IMG/VR virus record: IMGVR_UViG_3300032322_001765
Coordinates: 156,868 to 220,867 of that record
Direction: 5' to 3' (one strand)
Length of the DNA: 64,000 bases
The notes below the pieces were generated by a model, which saw only the letters and a program-made list of their open reading frames with translations, was not told the DNA's origin and did not search any database. Position numbers and translations under genes: made by a program. Below, piece by piece: positions 62,658 to 64,000 of this stretch (positions within the stretch are counted from its first letter, which is position 1; each line of letters begins with the position of its first letter).

Positions 62658-63095
62658 ATGGCTTCCATTAATATTACTGTGCAAAGCTTATTAAATGCAG
62701 CACAATATGATCCTTACACAGTGGATGATACGACTACTGTAGGTACATTTAAATCGACTATTGAATCAGCGACCGGATGCAATGTATCATGGTTTAGTTT
62801 AGTCTTTAATAATCAAGAACTGAATACCGCAAACACACTAGCATCTTATTCAATCGTAAATAATTCAATGTTAAGAACAGCAAATAAAATAGCTAGATTA
62901 ACTACACTAGAGGATCGACAAAAAGGTAAATTAAATTTGTCTCAATTAGAAAGATTAGATTTATCGAATCCAAGGCCGTATTATGATATAGAAGAATTAC
63001 CTACTCAGTACAGTGGAAATACAATTGTTGACAATCCAAACCCAGGTGGGCTAATAGAAGGCAGACCTTGGGTAGACACACCACCAGGACCATAA
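62658..63095 (+). CDS. Ubiquitin-like domain protein with C-terminal extension
   Basis: Residues 22-72 align without gaps to ubiquitin 17-67 (14 identities); no terminal GG. Confidence 0.75.
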   Translation: MASINITVQSLLNAAQYDPYTVDDTTTVGTFKSTIESATGCNVSWFSLVFNNQELNTANTLASYSIVNNSMLRTANKIARLTTLEDRQKGKLNLSQLERLDLSNPRPYYDIEELPTQYSGNTIVDNPNPGGLIEGRPWVDTPPGP

Positions 63096-63096
63096 T

Positions 63097-64000
63097 ATGC
63101 CATCAGTACCAGATCCAGCCAATGTAAAGCCTTGGTATCTTAGAAACATAACAGAAGCACTAGCACTTGATGAGGCTAGTGGTAATGTTTATGTTCGCAC
63201 TGGCTTTACTGGAAACATTATTATTGAAGGTAATGTAAGTATTCCAGGCACAATAACAGTAAACAGTTCTCCTGAAGATCCAGTGCATGTTCATTTAGAT
63301 GAAATAGGCACAAGTGGAATACTTGATGTGCCTTATCTTCCTGTTAGTGTTGTCGGCAACATTGCAAACATAACAGGCAATGTTAATGTAACGCAAGGAA
63401 CTGTTCCTTGGTCAGTGTCAGGCAATGTCAATGCTAACATTACTGGTGGAAATGTTAGCATTACCGGTAATATTGCAGGTATAACAAGTAATGTAACAAT
63501 AGTTGACGGCGGCGGAAGTATTACAGTAGATGGCAATGTGGGTATTACTGGAAATGTTAACATTGGCACCATGCCTAATGTTAATGCTAATATTACTGGT
63601 GGTAATGTTACAGTCAGTCAAGGTACAACACCTTGGTCTGTGTCAGGTAATGTAAATGCGAATGTAACTGGCGGTAATGTATCTGTTACTGGAAGTGTAA
63701 ATGCAAATGTTACGGGAGGCAATGTCAGCATTACAGGCAACATTGCAGGCATTACTTCATTACCTAATATACAAGCAAACATAACAGGTGGTAATGTAAG
63801 TGTCACTGGTAATGTAAATGCGAATGTAACTGGCGGTAATGTAACAGTCACTCAAGGCACAACACCTTGGTCAATTAGTGGTAATGTTAATGCTACTCTC
63901 AACAGCAATGCTAATGTAGTTATTTCGGGATTCAGTGGAGCAACTTCTGATGCATTTGGTCGTTTAAGGGTAAGTGAACCATATACATTATTTGATACTA
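63097..64000 (+). CDS. Asn/Gly/Val/Thr-rich repeat virion protein (partial, runs off window end)
   Basis: Own translation MPSVPDPANVKPWYLRNITEAL...; GNVNANITGGNV and QGTTPWSVSGNV repeats; DAFGRLRVSEPYTLFD. Confidence 0.8.
   Translation, partial: MPSVPDPANVKPWYLRNITEALALDEASGNVYVRTGFTGNIIIEGNVSIPGTITVNSSPEDPVHVHLDEIGTSGILDVPYLPVSVVGNIANITGNVNVTQGTVPWSVSGNVNANITGGNVSITGNIAGITSNVTIVDGGGSITVDGNVGITGNVNIGTMPNVNANITGGNVTVSQGTTPWSVSGNVNANVTGGNVSVTGSVNANVTGGNVSITGNIAGITSLPNIQANITGGNVSVTGNVNANVTGGNVTVTQGTTPWSISGNVNATLNSNANVVISGFSGATSDAFGRLRVSEPYTLFDT

Overview
This AT-rich, gene-dense window most likely comes from a large tailed (T4-like/jumbo) bacteriophage using the standard genetic code. Host-type genes (pqqA, serine-glyoxylate aminotransferase, pstS, OprO/P porin, spanin-like pair) suggest a Gram-negative, probably betaproteobacterial, host; this is inference. 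No rRNA or ribosomal-protein genes are present. Layout: (1) 1-23.4 kb, a cluster of 12 radical-SAM enzymes (3 cobalamin-type, 2 Tes/MJ0619-like, 7 SPASM/twitch-type) mixed with oxygenase-, methyltransferase-, PP-loop-, PLP-, kinase- and glycosyltransferase-like genes, headed by TAAATA late-type promoters. (2) 23.4-31.1 kb, an attenuator-like leader, 28 tRNA genes covering all 20 amino acids, several unexplained structured RNAs, and a stand-alone pqqA transcription unit missed by the ORF track. (3) 31.2-41.9 kb, auxiliary genes: sgaA-like aminotransferase, a circularly permuted two-piece tmRNA, a Pho-box-controlled block (pstS, phosphate porin, PlcP-like phosphoesterase, GT2) and AhpC/AhpD. (4) 42-51 kb, fibre/tail-associated genes including an 1830-aa repeat protein. 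(5) 51-64 kb, AAA/VWA pair, DHFR, ThyA, epimerase, spanin-like pair, nuclease, a ubiquitin-fold protein and a truncated Asn/Gly/Val-rich repeat protein. Strongest leads: the phage Pho regulon with a possible lipid-remodelling pair, phage pqqA, the late radical-SAM cluster as a possible virion-protein tailoring system, the duplicated unknown ncRNA, and the ubiquitin-like domain. All calls are by-eye motif recognition and coordinates were counted by hand; no database search was run.
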